A stretch of 64,000 bases of DNA from Candidatus Multivoradales bacterium (GTDB lineage Bacteria; Acidobacteriota; Thermoanaerobaculia; Multivoradales; JAHEKO01): the NCBI GenBank assembly GCA_965248055.1, contig CBDFIJ010000004.1, positions 1,760,001 to 1,824,000 of the forward strand, given 5' to 3'. A program made the translations under genes and the position numbers. The notes under the pieces are model-generated. The model was not told the DNA's origin, did no database searches, and worked only from the letters and a program-made list of their open reading frames with translations. Below are positions 1 through 8,459 of this stretch, piece after piece; the first letter of the stretch is position 1, and the number at the start of each line of letters is the position of its first letter.

Positions 1-665
1 GTGATCTGCTGTCACCGGATCACTTCAGCGTTGATGGCACACTGATCGAGGCTTGGGCTTCGCACAAGAGCTTTCGGCCAAAGGACGAAGAGGTTAAACC
101 TCTGGACGGTGGAGCGGACTTCCGAGGCCAGAAGCGGTTGAACCAAACGCACGCTTCGACGACCGACCCCGAGTCTCGGCTGTCGCGAAAAGGCCGTGGT
201 AAGGAAGCAAAACTAAGCTACCGGGGCAACATTCTGGTCGAGAACCGGCACGGGATGATTGTCAACACCGAGGTCAACATCGTCACCGGCAACGGTGAGA
301 CAACAGCGGCTCTGGCCATGCTGGAGCAGCGGGCTAGCAATCATCGCGTCACGGTGGGTGCTGACAAGGGCTATGACAACCGAGCGTTTGTAGAGAATGC
401 GAGGAAGCTGAATGCGACACCTCACGTAGCGCAAAGCACCAAGAATCGCCGCAGCCGGATTGACCGACGCACCACTCGCCACGCAGGTTACGAGATCAGC
501 TTGGCGAGACGACCCAGAGTCGAGGCACCCTTCGGCTGGCTCAAACAGTACGGACTGCAACGCAGACCGATGTTTCGAGGCGTAGCCCGCATCGGTTGGT
601 CTTTCACTTTTGCGGCAACAGCGTTTAACTTGCTCCGAATAGCCAATCTGAGCGCGCCAACATGA
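1..665 (+). CDS. IS5-family transposase, 5'-partial (begins before the window)
   Basis: Frame open from position 3: DLLSPDHFSVDGTLIEAWASHKSF...THASTTDPESRL...VGADKGYD...RPRVEAPFGWLK; DDE motifs typical of IS5-family transposases. Confidence 0.9.
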   Translation, partial: DLLSPDHFSVDGTLIEAWASHKSFRPKDEEVKPLDGGADFRGQKRLNQTHASTTDPESRLSRKGRGKEAKLSYRGNILVENRHGMIVNTEVNIVTGNGETTAALAMLEQRASNHRVTVGADKGYDNRAFVENARKLNATPHVAQSTKNRRSRIDRRTTRHAGYEISLARRPRVEAPFGWLKQYGLQRRPMFRGVARIGWSFTFAATAFNLLRIANLSAPT

Positions 666-853
666 CGAATTTCTATCCCAAGTGCTCCTCAAATCGCTCG
701 AATCACCCGGTAGGGCGAATCGAAGAGCTGACCCAAGGGGTCACCAACACCCTCAACTCGCCAGCCACCTTGATTCGTCTCCACATTCAAAGTACTTCGA
801 CCGTTATGACCACTGAAATTAGCTCCGTTGCCCTTTTTTCAGCAGGCTGCTAG
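1..853 (+). mobile_element. Right part of IS5-family element; terminal repeat about 834-849 followed by CTAG
   Basis: TTTTTTCAGCAGGCTG-CTAG downstream of the transposase resembles the ends and CTAG target of this IS group; left end is outside the window. Confidence 0.65.
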
Positions 854-946
854 GGCACCGCAGCTCGACCTCGGGCCTGGTTCATCCCGCTGTTACTGTA
901 CCCCTCAGCCCTCCACCACGACAACCTGGGGCGGTAGAATCTAGTA

Positions 947-1186
947 ATGACCAAGGCTGAACTGAGCAAGGCGGCGATGAACCTCTCCCCTGCCGAGCGG
1001 TTTGAACTGGCACAGAGACTTTGGGAAAGCCTAGAGCCAAACAAAGAAGACGGTGCGATTCCATTCTATGAATGGCAGCGAGAAGCGATCGATCTGGCGC
1101 TTACCAACTACGAGGCCAACCCCGACTCTGCCGTTCCCGCTGAAGAAGCCGAAGCCGAGATTCGAACTCGACTCGGCCTCGAATGA
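947..1186 (+). CDS. Addiction module antitoxin component
   Basis: 79 aa, LSPAERFELAQRLWESL...EWQREAID pattern; ATGA overlap with the toxin gene. Confidence 0.85.
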   Translation: MTKAELSKAAMNLSPAERFELAQRLWESLEPNKEDGAIPFYEWQREAIDLALTNYEANPDSAVPAEEAEAEIRTRLGLE

Positions 1187-1482
1187 ATTCACTCTTTGCC
1201 CAAGAAGCACTCGACGATATCGAACGCGCGGCAACCTATTATCTTGAGAGCGCCAGCAAGGCCGTCGCCTCTGCTTTCTTTCGTGGCCTAACCGAAGCGC
1301 GATCGTTTGTGGAGGACCATCCACTCGGCGCTCCTCTGCTCTTTCTCCAAGTTCGCCGCAAGCGGCTCACCAAGTTTCCTTTTCTGCTGTTCTACGTCGC
1401 TGAACCGGACCGCGTGGTCATCCTGCGAGTTCTCCACTCCGCCCAAGATCCTGCACGCTGGCCGATCACGGATCGAAAATGA
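1183..1482 (+). CDS. RelE/ParE-family type II toxin
   Basis: EALDDIERAATYY...VRRKRLTKFPFLLFY...VVILRVLHSAQDP. Confidence 0.88.
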   Translation: MNSLFAQEALDDIERAATYYLESASKAVASAFFRGLTEARSFVEDHPLGAPLLFLQVRRKRLTKFPFLLFYVAEPDRVVILRVLHSAQDPARWPITDRK

Positions 1483-1588
1483 GTCGTCGCAAAAACTACT
1501 AAATCGATTACCCGATCTGGGATTGAGTTACACGAGCTGCTAGTTGAGCTCCCTAAAGACTTTTGAGAATCAGGGATTCGCTCCAAGC

Positions 1589-1609
1589 CGGTCCGCCGCT
1601 GGCGGACCG
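1589..1609. terminator. GC-rich hairpin between the convergent toxin gene and tRNA
   Basis: CGGTCCGCC-GCT-GGCGGACCG, 9-bp stem; no clear U-tract. Confidence 0.3.
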
Positions 1610-1660
1610 AGCACGACCGAACCCTGGCTACCAGCAACGACTGAGCTGAAAGCGAAGGAA

Positions 1661-1734
1661 TGGCTGGGAGGCAGGGATTCGAACCCCGATTCTACGGGTC
1701 AGAGCCGTATGTCCTACCATTGAACGACCTCCCA
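1661..1734 (-). tRNA. tRNA-Gln(CTG)
   Basis: Reverse complement TGGGAGG...TACGG-CT-CTG-AC-CCGTA...GGTTCGAATCC...CCTCCCA-G-CCA: acceptor stem, anticodon arm, T-loop and encoded CCA. Confidence 0.96.
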
Positions 1735-1747
1735 ACACCGGTTGGTG

Positions 1748-1777
1748 AAGCTAGCAGATGGGGAGAAAGAGGGTCAA
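1748..1777 (-). promoter_or_regulatory. Putative sigma70 promoter of tRNA-Gln
   Basis: TTGACC-18 bp-TAGCTT with extended -10 TG, just upstream of the tRNA. Confidence 0.4.
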
Positions 1778-1944
1778 TTAAAAAATGTTGACTCAGCTCG
1801 TCGAGCACTTCAATGGCTTTGATTCACTCGGGCAGTTCTCGTTCCCTTTGGTTAATACTTCTTACCCCCCAGCAAAAATTCGTTCCTACCGTCACAACTG
1901 GGTGTACGTCAGATTTGTGAGATGAGCGTTGGGTGTGGCGATTG

Positions 1945-2165
1945 CTAGGCGGATTTGCGCGCTGGCGATGAGGGGTTCCAGAAGCGGTCGAACGCCAGCT
2001 CAATGCCGATCTCTCGGATCACTTGGGTGCGACGACGCCCTGCGGCGGTGGAAAGTCGGCTCGTTATGCGGGACGTCGCTCCAAACACTTCCAGACCGCC
2101 TCGGGGCCAATCAGCTCGTCGACTTCTGCTGTGACCTCGGTCTCGAGGATCGTCTGGAGCCCTTT
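1945..2165 (-). pseudogene. ISKra4-family transposase remnants
   Basis: Minus strand GLQTILETEVTAEVDELIGPEAV (N-term) and FDRFWNP...* (C-term); plus strand 1981-2108 EAVERQLNADLSDHLGATTPCGGGKSARYAGRRSKHFQTA (inverted N-terminal piece); catalytic core absent. Confidence 0.7.
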
Positions 2166-2524
2166 TTTTTCTCCGCGTTTGTGCTTTCAAACTCGGGGTC
2201 GGTCAGCTCTGCATCGGCCAATTGCTCACAAGCCTGCCAATAAGCCTCCAGGTGCTGGCGAAACTTTCGACCTACGGCGATCTGTTGGCTTACTCTTTCG
2301 GCCTGTTGCGCCGTCAGACGCCGCGATTGTGTCCGGCCCCCCACCGCGCGAGTGAGGCTGAAGTAGGGACCGTGGCGGGCTTCTTCACTGCTGGCGCACT
2401 TACAGTTTGACTTGCCACACTTGAGAAAGCGCTCTCCGAGCGAGCCTCGTCGCATCGGCTTGGGGTGGCTGAAGCTCTCGACCACCTTTCGGACTGTTTC
2501 GGGGATCATTTTGGGTTTCGCCAT
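2111..2524 (-). CDS. IS-associated upstream ORF (DUF6788-like)
   Basis: MRRGSL...KCGKSNCKC...HGPYF motif; ATG 2524 with AGGAGG RBS; A8GGG slippery run near the 3' end. Confidence 0.82.
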   Translation of the reverse strand: MAKPKMIPETVRKVVESFSHPKPMRRGSLGERFLKCGKSNCKCASSEEARHGPYFSLTRAVGGRTQSRRLTAQQAERVSQQIAVGRKFRQHLEAYWQACEQLADAELTDPEFESTNAEKKKGSRRSSRPRSQQKSTS

Positions 2525-2794
2525 GGCGTCCTCCTGTCGGCTATAATAGCCGACAGATAGATCCCCATGCAACCCAAGTCGCTTGAACATTCTCAGCTTC
2601 TCACACTGATGTCGTACACCCGTCACAACTTTGCGCCTTCACGAGATAGCTTTTTTCAAGTACGCTTTATCTCTGCATTCGTTGACTGAGCGGTGTCAAC
2701 CTAGGTTGTCGCTAATGTAGGGGCAACCTCCGATACGAATGATCCCGTAGCGAAAATATCGCTGCTTAGACCGTTCTAAAAGGAACTCTCCATC

Positions 2795-3511
2795 GTGCCC
2801 AAAGACACTCCTAACCCAAAAGCCAGTCAGGCTGTCACCGCTCTCGACTCCCGTTGTGACAGCGATGATAGTCGTTCTAATTGTTCGGCACCAACAGGTT
2901 CTCTCCATAGAGAAACACGTTGCTTAACTTGTTGCACACTTATTGAGCCCGGAGCAACAAAGTGCATCCACTGCAACAGCTACCAAAACTACAAAAGATA
3001 CTTTTCAATTGGGCTACCCTTCTTGTCGCTTCTGGTTGCTCTAGCTTCAGTTTTCACCGTTATGATTTCCGAAGTTAGCAAGCTTCCGAGGTCTGAAGTT
3101 CAGATTCGGGTAGTCAAAGTGGAAGTTCGAGACTTTCCCGAGAACTCTCGAAGCACATACGTCCGCCTTTGGATGCAGAACCGCGGAAATCGGCCAGCAA
3201 CTGTTCGCAGTATTCACGTTGCTTGGAAGAGCGCTGAGCAGAAAAATAACACCCTGCGCAATCCTGACTACTTCAACGTAGAGACTGCTACCCATCCATA
3301 TCCAGATGGTGGCCGCGCTATTCCGATTGTGCTCTTGTCCGGTGTGACGGGCGTCTTTGAGGTAGTCTGGGAAAGTCATGAAGAGATAATAGAAACCACC
3401 CCTTGTAGAGTCAGACTTCAAGTACTCAACTGGCGTGGTCAAGCGGAAAAGATGGAACTAGATTGCTGGTCTTGGGGTCACGATGTGGATTCCGATGTCT
3501 GGTCAAGCTAG
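2795..3511 (+). CDS. Hypothetical protein: zinc ribbon + TM helix + beta-rich domain
   Basis: CLTC...ATKCIHC pairs followed by hydrophobic IGLPFLSLLVALASVFTVMI; start uncertain. Confidence 0.6.
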   Translation: MPKDTPNPKASQAVTALDSRCDSDDSRSNCSAPTGSLHRETRCLTCCTLIEPGATKCIHCNSYQNYKRYFSIGLPFLSLLVALASVFTVMISEVSKLPRSEVQIRVVKVEVRDFPENSRSTYVRLWMQNRGNRPATVRSIHVAWKSAEQKNNTLRNPDYFNVETATHPYPDGGRAIPIVLLSGVTGVFEVVWESHEEIIETTPCRVRLQVLNWRGQAEKMELDCWSWGHDVDSDVWSS

Positions 3512-3703
3512 AGTGAAATCGTCCTGTGTTCGCAGTTAGGCCACTGTTGTGGAGGCAGAGCCCGGGGCGAAGCTCCAAGATTTTGGGCGTTTGTTTTCTT
3601 GACCCCATCAGGCGGTGGAAAAACCAAGGAAGGAGGCCCTATCTGCCAACGTAGCTGAGACACTTGGCCCCCTGATAATTAGAGGGCGGAAGGAGGTTTC
3701 AGT

Positions 3704-4183
3704 ATGTTTCAGAATCAGCCCATATTGCCCGTCTCGCCGAAGGCGACCGAGGAGCGTAGCGACGAGGGATCCGGAGGGGAGACGGCGCAGTTGTCCTCGA
3801 CCCCCGAATCGGTACCCGACCCTGAGATCGAGGCTCGACCCGCCAGACGGCGGTTTACGGCAAAGTACAAGCTGGCGATCTTGGAGCAGGCCGACGCTTG
3901 CTCCAGCCGAGAGGAGGTCGGGTCCCTGTTGCGCCGGGAGGGTCTCTACTCATCTCATCTATCTAACTGGCGCCTAGCTCGGCGACGGGGATCGCTTGCC
4001 GCGCTAGGCAAGAGGCGCGGACGCAAACCCAAAAGGCACCCGTTGGAAAGCAAGGTTGCTCGACTAGAGCGGGAGAAGACTCGGCTTGAGAACGAATTGC
4101 ACAGGGCACAGCTGATCATCGATGTGCAAAGAAAAGTAGCCGGGCTGCTGGGTATCCCCTCAGAGGGCGAGAAGAACTCGTGA
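3704..4183 (+). CDS. IS3-family transposase OrfA
   Basis: RRRFTAKYKLAILEQAD...LLRREGLYSSHLSNWR HTH plus coiled coil; AAGGAGG RBS. Confidence 0.9.
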   Translation: MFQNQPILPVSPKATEERSDEGSGGETAQLSSTPESVPDPEIEARPARRRFTAKYKLAILEQADACSSREEVGSLLRREGLYSSHLSNWRLARRRGSLAALGKRRGRKPKRHPLESKVARLEREKTRLENELHRAQLIIDVQRKVAGLLGIPSEGEKNS

Positions 4184-5193
4184 AAGCGGCCAGGACGCTG
4201 GCTCCGTGGGTCGGTATCGCACCGGCCTGCCGGAGCCTGAGCGTCAGTCGTGCAACGTTCTATCGTCGGCTTCGGCCGAGATCAACCGAGCCTCAGCAGC
4301 CTCGACCGACTCCAGCTCGGGCACTGACAGTCAGCGAAAAACAACAGGTCCTTGACCTACTCAACGGGCCGCGCTTTGTCGACGCTGCACCGGCGGCCGT
4401 GGTGGCCACCCTTCTCGACGAAGAACGCTATCTGTGCTCGGAGCGCACCATGTACCGACTCCTGGCAGCTGAGAAGACGTTGCAGGAGAGACGGCGCCAA
4501 CGCCGCCATCCGGTCTATACCAAGCCAGAGCTACTCGCCACAGCGGCAAACCAAGTCTGGAGCTGGGATATCACCCGGCTGCGAGGTCCGCAGCCGGGAT
4601 GGTGGTTCTATCTCTACGTTGTCCTCGATATCTTCAGCCGCTATGTGGTCGGCTGGATGCTCGCCGAGCACGAACGCGAGGCCTTAGCCCAAAGGCTTCT
4701 CAAGGAGACCTCAACCAAGCAAGGCATTCCCAAGAATCAGCTAACCCTACACAGTGATCGGGGCTCGCCGATGACCGCCAAGGACACCGGACGACTCCTC
4801 GTACGGCTTGGTATCTCTCAGTCGTTCTCGCGGCCTCGCATCTCCAACGATAATCCCTTCTCCGAAGCCCAATTCAAGACCCTCAAGTATCACCCGAGCT
4901 TTCCCGATCGGTTCGGCTCGATCGAGGACGCTATCGCCTTTTGCAGGTCGTTCATTATCTGGTACAACACCCAGCACCGTCACGCCGGCATCGCCATGCT
5001 GACACCCGAAGATGTCCACTACGGCAAGGCCGACCACAAGCTCAAGATCCGTCAACTAGCCCTCGATGAAGCCTGGCGAAACAACCCGCAGCGCTTTGTC
5101 CGAGGAAGACCGACCATTCAGCTACTACCCAGAGCCGTATGGATCAATCCACCCGAACGTCAACATGCCAAGGAGGTCGTCCCGATACACTAA
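4180..5193 (+). CDS. IS3-family transposase OrfB (integrase core)
   Basis: Intact DDE: WSWDIT, LHSDRG, NDNPFSEAQF; GTGA overlap with OrfA. Confidence 0.92.
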   Translation: MKAARTLAPWVGIAPACRSLSVSRATFYRRLRPRSTEPQQPRPTPARALTVSEKQQVLDLLNGPRFVDAAPAAVVATLLDEERYLCSERTMYRLLAAEKTLQERRRQRRHPVYTKPELLATAANQVWSWDITRLRGPQPGWWFYLYVVLDIFSRYVVGWMLAEHEREALAQRLLKETSTKQGIPKNQLTLHSDRGSPMTAKDTGRLLVRLGISQSFSRPRISNDNPFSEAQFKTLKYHPSFPDRFGSIEDAIAFCRSFIIWYNTQHRHAGIAMLTPEDVHYGKADHKLKIRQLALDEAWRNNPQRFVRGRPTIQLLPRAVWINPPERQHAKEVVPIH

Positions 5194-5418
5194 TTAATTC
5201 TGCCAACTGTCTCAAAGTTGTTGACAGGTTCCGAGGAGCCAAGAGGCAATCTAGAATCAAACCGCCAGGGAAACGCTTCCAGCGTTAATACTGTGTTTGT
5301 ACACGCAGCCGAAAAAGAATTTGGCGTTGGACGAATTGCTATCGGCGCAAAGGTTCAGACACTGAATGGCCGCTGGAATGAGTGCTTTGATAATTTCTCA
5401 GCGTCCGTCAGGTAAGCA

Positions 5419-6288
5419 CTAACTCGGATGCCACCCTTGCCAGATTTCTAGATAAACAACAATGCTACTTTGCGCTATATCTTCTTCAAATCGCCATTCG
5501 CGTTGATAAAGCATCCCGACATCAAAGTATCCTGCTACAAACTTGCTACGATAAAACTTTAATCCCAAGCCCAAGACGGCCCGATTGTTCCAAGAGAATC
5601 CCTCTGAGTCGACACTACTGTAGACCTTTCCGACGGCTCGAAATGAGCCGGCTTCGGTTACCTTCAAGGTAATTGCCTGCTGGACATCCAATCCCACCGT
5701 AGCGTTACCTGGTTCTGTTGGATATTGATTGCCTCCACCAATCCAGAAACTTCCTGAGGTCCGCCCTGGAATGTCAGCCTCATCTCTTGCTTCAGCACCC
5801 CAACGCTTCCAGGCTTCAAAGAAAAAAAGAAGTTGGTCTTCCTGTATTCCGTTTTGGAATCGGTGCTCGGACACATATCCAACTCCAGTCTCCAAATAAT
5901 GGTTGGCGCGAGATCTCCGTAATTCGAAACCAGTTTTGAGAATAGCTCGATTGTTCCAATCAAAATTCTGTCGGTCCCCACTAACACTCAGTGACGCAAA
6001 CGGCTCGAAGCACAGCTTGCCGAGACTCCACCGTGGCCATCTCTTCTTAATCAACGCACTGCCGATGACATTGTTTTCCTCGGTTGGAAAAGGGTTGCCC
6101 ACTCGACTCCATAGCGTTAGCGCATATCCTTCACCGCATGCATTTTTTTCTGTCGCAGCAAATACATTTACAGGAAAGAATAGGCACACAGAAATTACTA
6201 TGACTAGAACCAAACCGAACGACCAGGGAACAGCAGTTCTTCTCGGTCTGTGCTCTTCGTGAAAGAGAGTATTGAGAGCTTTCTTCAT
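5419..6288 (-). CDS. Hypothetical exported protein, probable beta-barrel with internal duplication
   Basis: Signal peptide ending VFA; alternating aromatic strands; two copies of GN-x-(F/Y)PTE-x-x-N...WNNRA(I/V)L. Confidence 0.6.
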   Translation of the reverse strand: MKKALNTLFHEEHRPRRTAVPWSFGLVLVIVISVCLFFPVNVFAATEKNACGEGYALTLWSRVGNPFPTEENNVIGSALIKKRWPRWSLGKLCFEPFASLSVSGDRQNFDWNNRAILKTGFELRRSRANHYLETGVGYVSEHRFQNGIQEDQLLFFFEAWKRWGAEARDEADIPGRTSGSFWIGGGNQYPTEPGNATVGLDVQQAITLKVTEAGSFRAVGKVYSSVDSEGFSWNNRAVLGLGLKFYRSKFVAGYFDVGMLYQREWRFEEDIAQSSIVVYLEIWQGWHPS

Positions 6289-6441
6289 AGCAAATCACCG
6301 CCAATGCCGCTGCTCCTGGAGCTCGATGCAAACTATTCAATATCTTAATGACTATTGAATAGTAGCACAAAGGGACCTCCTGAAGCGGGCCATCGAAACC
6401 CATAAGGACGATGTATCCTTGAGAACTTCGCGCTTAGCAGG

Positions 6442-7329
6442 ATGTACATGAAGCGATCTCAGGCCCACTCGCTCCTCTTGCTCGCCGCCGCGATCTGGGG
6501 CTTCTCGTTTGTCGGTCAAGAACGGGCGATGGAGCACCTCAGCCCCTTGGCGTTCAACGCCGTACGTTTTGCAATTGGCGGTTTGGTACTGCTGCACTGG
6601 GCAGGGAAGATCGCGCTGCGACGTGACCTGCTATCGACGCTCAGAGCGGGGTCGGTGCTGGGGGTGATTCTGTTTGCCGGCTCATGGCTGCAACAGGCCG
6701 GCATCCAAGACGTGGATACCGGCGCCGGCGATGCTGGATTTATCACCGGCCTCTATGTGGTTTTGGTACCTATCTTGGGGCTGGCGTTCGGGCGCAAGAC
6801 CACTCGTTGGATTTGGGTAGGGGTGGTGTTCGCCTTCGTCGGGCTGTATTTCTTGAGTGTCCGCGACGGCTTGACCATGAGCCGCGGCGATCTGCTGGTG
6901 CTGCTGGGAGCCTTCTGTTGGACCTTTCACATTTTGCTGATCGACAAATACACCCGGCATCATCAACCGTTGCATCTAGCTGCTGTGCAGTTTCTGGTTT
7001 GCTCGGCTTTGAACGGAGTCTTCATGGTTGCGCTTGGGGAGTCGATCGCTTGGCAAGCTGCCACAGCGGCTTGGTTGCCGATCCTTTACTGCGGTTTATT
7101 TGCCACGGCGATTGGGTTCACCCTGCAAATTGTTGCTCAAGAGCACGCCCATCCGTCGACCGCCGGAATCTTGCTCTCCGGCGAAATGATCTTCGCCGCA
7201 ATCGGCGGCTGGCTACTCCTTGGCGAGAGGATGGACGCACGTGCAGCGCTCGGGGCGGCGTTGATGATGATCGGAATCTTGCTAGCCCAGCTGCCGTGGC
7301 GATCTACCGTTTCGGTCTCGGATAGTTAA
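6442..7329 (+). CDS. DMT/EamA-family transporter
   Basis: IWGFSFVGQ, AGFITGLYVVLVP, GDLLVLLGAFCW, LQIVAQ; about 10 TM segments. Confidence 0.92.
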   Translation: MYMKRSQAHSLLLLAAAIWGFSFVGQERAMEHLSPLAFNAVRFAIGGLVLLHWAGKIALRRDLLSTLRAGSVLGVILFAGSWLQQAGIQDVDTGAGDAGFITGLYVVLVPILGLAFGRKTTRWIWVGVVFAFVGLYFLSVRDGLTMSRGDLLVLLGAFCWTFHILLIDKYTRHHQPLHLAAVQFLVCSALNGVFMVALGESIAWQAATAAWLPILYCGLFATAIGFTLQIVAQEHAHPSTAGILLSGEMIFAAIGGWLLLGERMDARAALGAALMMIGILLAQLPWRSTVSVSDS

Positions 7330-7426
7330 CCTATCTTTCTGGGAACCAGCCGGACGCGGTCTCAGACCTGTACTGAGGGGTACAATCCGCCAGCAGTCGG
7401 ACCACCAAAAACCGGGACGCTAAACC

Positions 7427-8443
7427 ATGAGACTCGCACCTCTTTGCACCGTTATCGTTCTTGCCCTCGCCGCTTGCGGCGATGGTCGAACCCCTTTGTT
7501 GGTCTATTCGCCGCACGGCAAGGAGATTCTGCTTCCGGTGGAGCAGCGATTTGAACAACTGCACCCCGATATCGACCTGCGTTGGTTGGATATGGGATCG
7601 CAAGAAGTTCTGGATCGCATCCGCTCGGAGCGCGCCAACCCACAAGCTGATGTTTGGTACGGCGGACCACACACAATCTTCGAGCAGGGGATCGAGATCG
7701 ATTTATTGGCGCCTTATCGACCAGCATGGGCAGATCAGTTGCCCGCAGGAACGGCACAGGCCGATGATCTCTATTTCGCCATCTACCGTGCGACACCGGT
7801 CCTGGTCTACAACCAAGACCTAGTGACCGAGGAAGAGGCCCCGGCAACCTGGGATGACCTGCTCGACCCCAAGTGGAATCAGAAAGTGGTTCTGCGCGAG
7901 CCCCCAGCGAGTGGCACCATGCGCACATTGTTCGGCATGGTGCTTTCTGACTCGGTGCGCAATACCGGTGACGAAAAACAGGGCTTTGAGTGGCTGCTCG
8001 CTTTGGACCGTCAAACCAAGGAGTACGTGCCCAACCCAACCCTGCTGTTTGAGAAATTGGCGCGCGGTGAAGGACTCGTGTCGATGTGGGAGATCACCGA
8101 TATCTTGGCGTTAGCCAAGAAAGGCTCGCCGCTCGCCTACAAGCTTTCCGCCAGCGGTACTCCGTTCATCTTGGATGCGGTCGGCATCGTCAATGGCGCC
8201 CCCCACCCCGAGGCGGCAAAGCGTTTTCTGGATTGGGTGGGTACCGACGAAGCTCTGTTGCTGGTGCTGGATAATGGCTACCGTTTGCCTGCCCGCAGCG
8301 ACCTCGACAGCGACGACCTGCCGGACTGGGCGCGAGAAGCGTTGACCGCGGCAACCCCTGCCGAGATCGATTGGGATCTGGTCACCGAGCGCGGTAACCA
8401 GTGGATGGTGCACTGGGATCGTGAGATCCGTGGTCGCGGATAG
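7427..8443 (+). CDS. ABC transporter substrate-binding lipoprotein (Fe3+/polyamine/thiamine class)
   Basis: Lipobox LAAC; ERANPQADVWYGG, PATWDDLLDPKW, APHPEAAKRFLDW. Confidence 0.9.
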   Translation: MRLAPLCTVIVLALAACGDGRTPLLVYSPHGKEILLPVEQRFEQLHPDIDLRWLDMGSQEVLDRIRSERANPQADVWYGGPHTIFEQGIEIDLLAPYRPAWADQLPAGTAQADDLYFAIYRATPVLVYNQDLVTEEEAPATWDDLLDPKWNQKVVLREPPASGTMRTLFGMVLSDSVRNTGDEKQGFEWLLALDRQTKEYVPNPTLLFEKLARGEGLVSMWEITDILALAKKGSPLAYKLSASGTPFILDAVGIVNGAPHPEAAKRFLDWVGTDEALLLVLDNGYRLPARSDLDSDDLPDWAREALTAATPAEIDWDLVTERGNQWMVHWDREIRGRG

Positions 8444-8459
8444 TTCGTAAGGATCCAGC

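Larger units (their letters stand above)
1900..2621 (-). mobile_element. Non-autonomous, internally deleted and inverted ISKra4-family element (722 bp)
   Basis: Terminal IRs GGGTGTACGTCAGATTTGTGAGA (1900-1922) and GGGTGTACGACATCAGTGTGAGA (rc of 2599-2621), 18/23 identical; perfect 9-bp direct repeat GTCACAACT at 1891-1899 and 2622-2630. Confidence 0.88.
3644..5226 (+). mobile_element. IS3-family insertion sequence
   Basis: Imperfect IRs TGCCAACGTAGCTGAGACACTTGGC and TGTCAACAACTTTGAGACAGTTGGC (rc); AGGAG at 3631-3635 and 5234-5238 may be a target repeat, which would extend the ends by 7-8 bp. Confidence 0.85.

Noticed and set aside
4120-4183. Programmed -1 frameshift between IS3 OrfA and OrfB
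   Set aside because: CAAAGAAAAG is not a canonical slippery heptamer; the GTGA overlap suggests translational coupling
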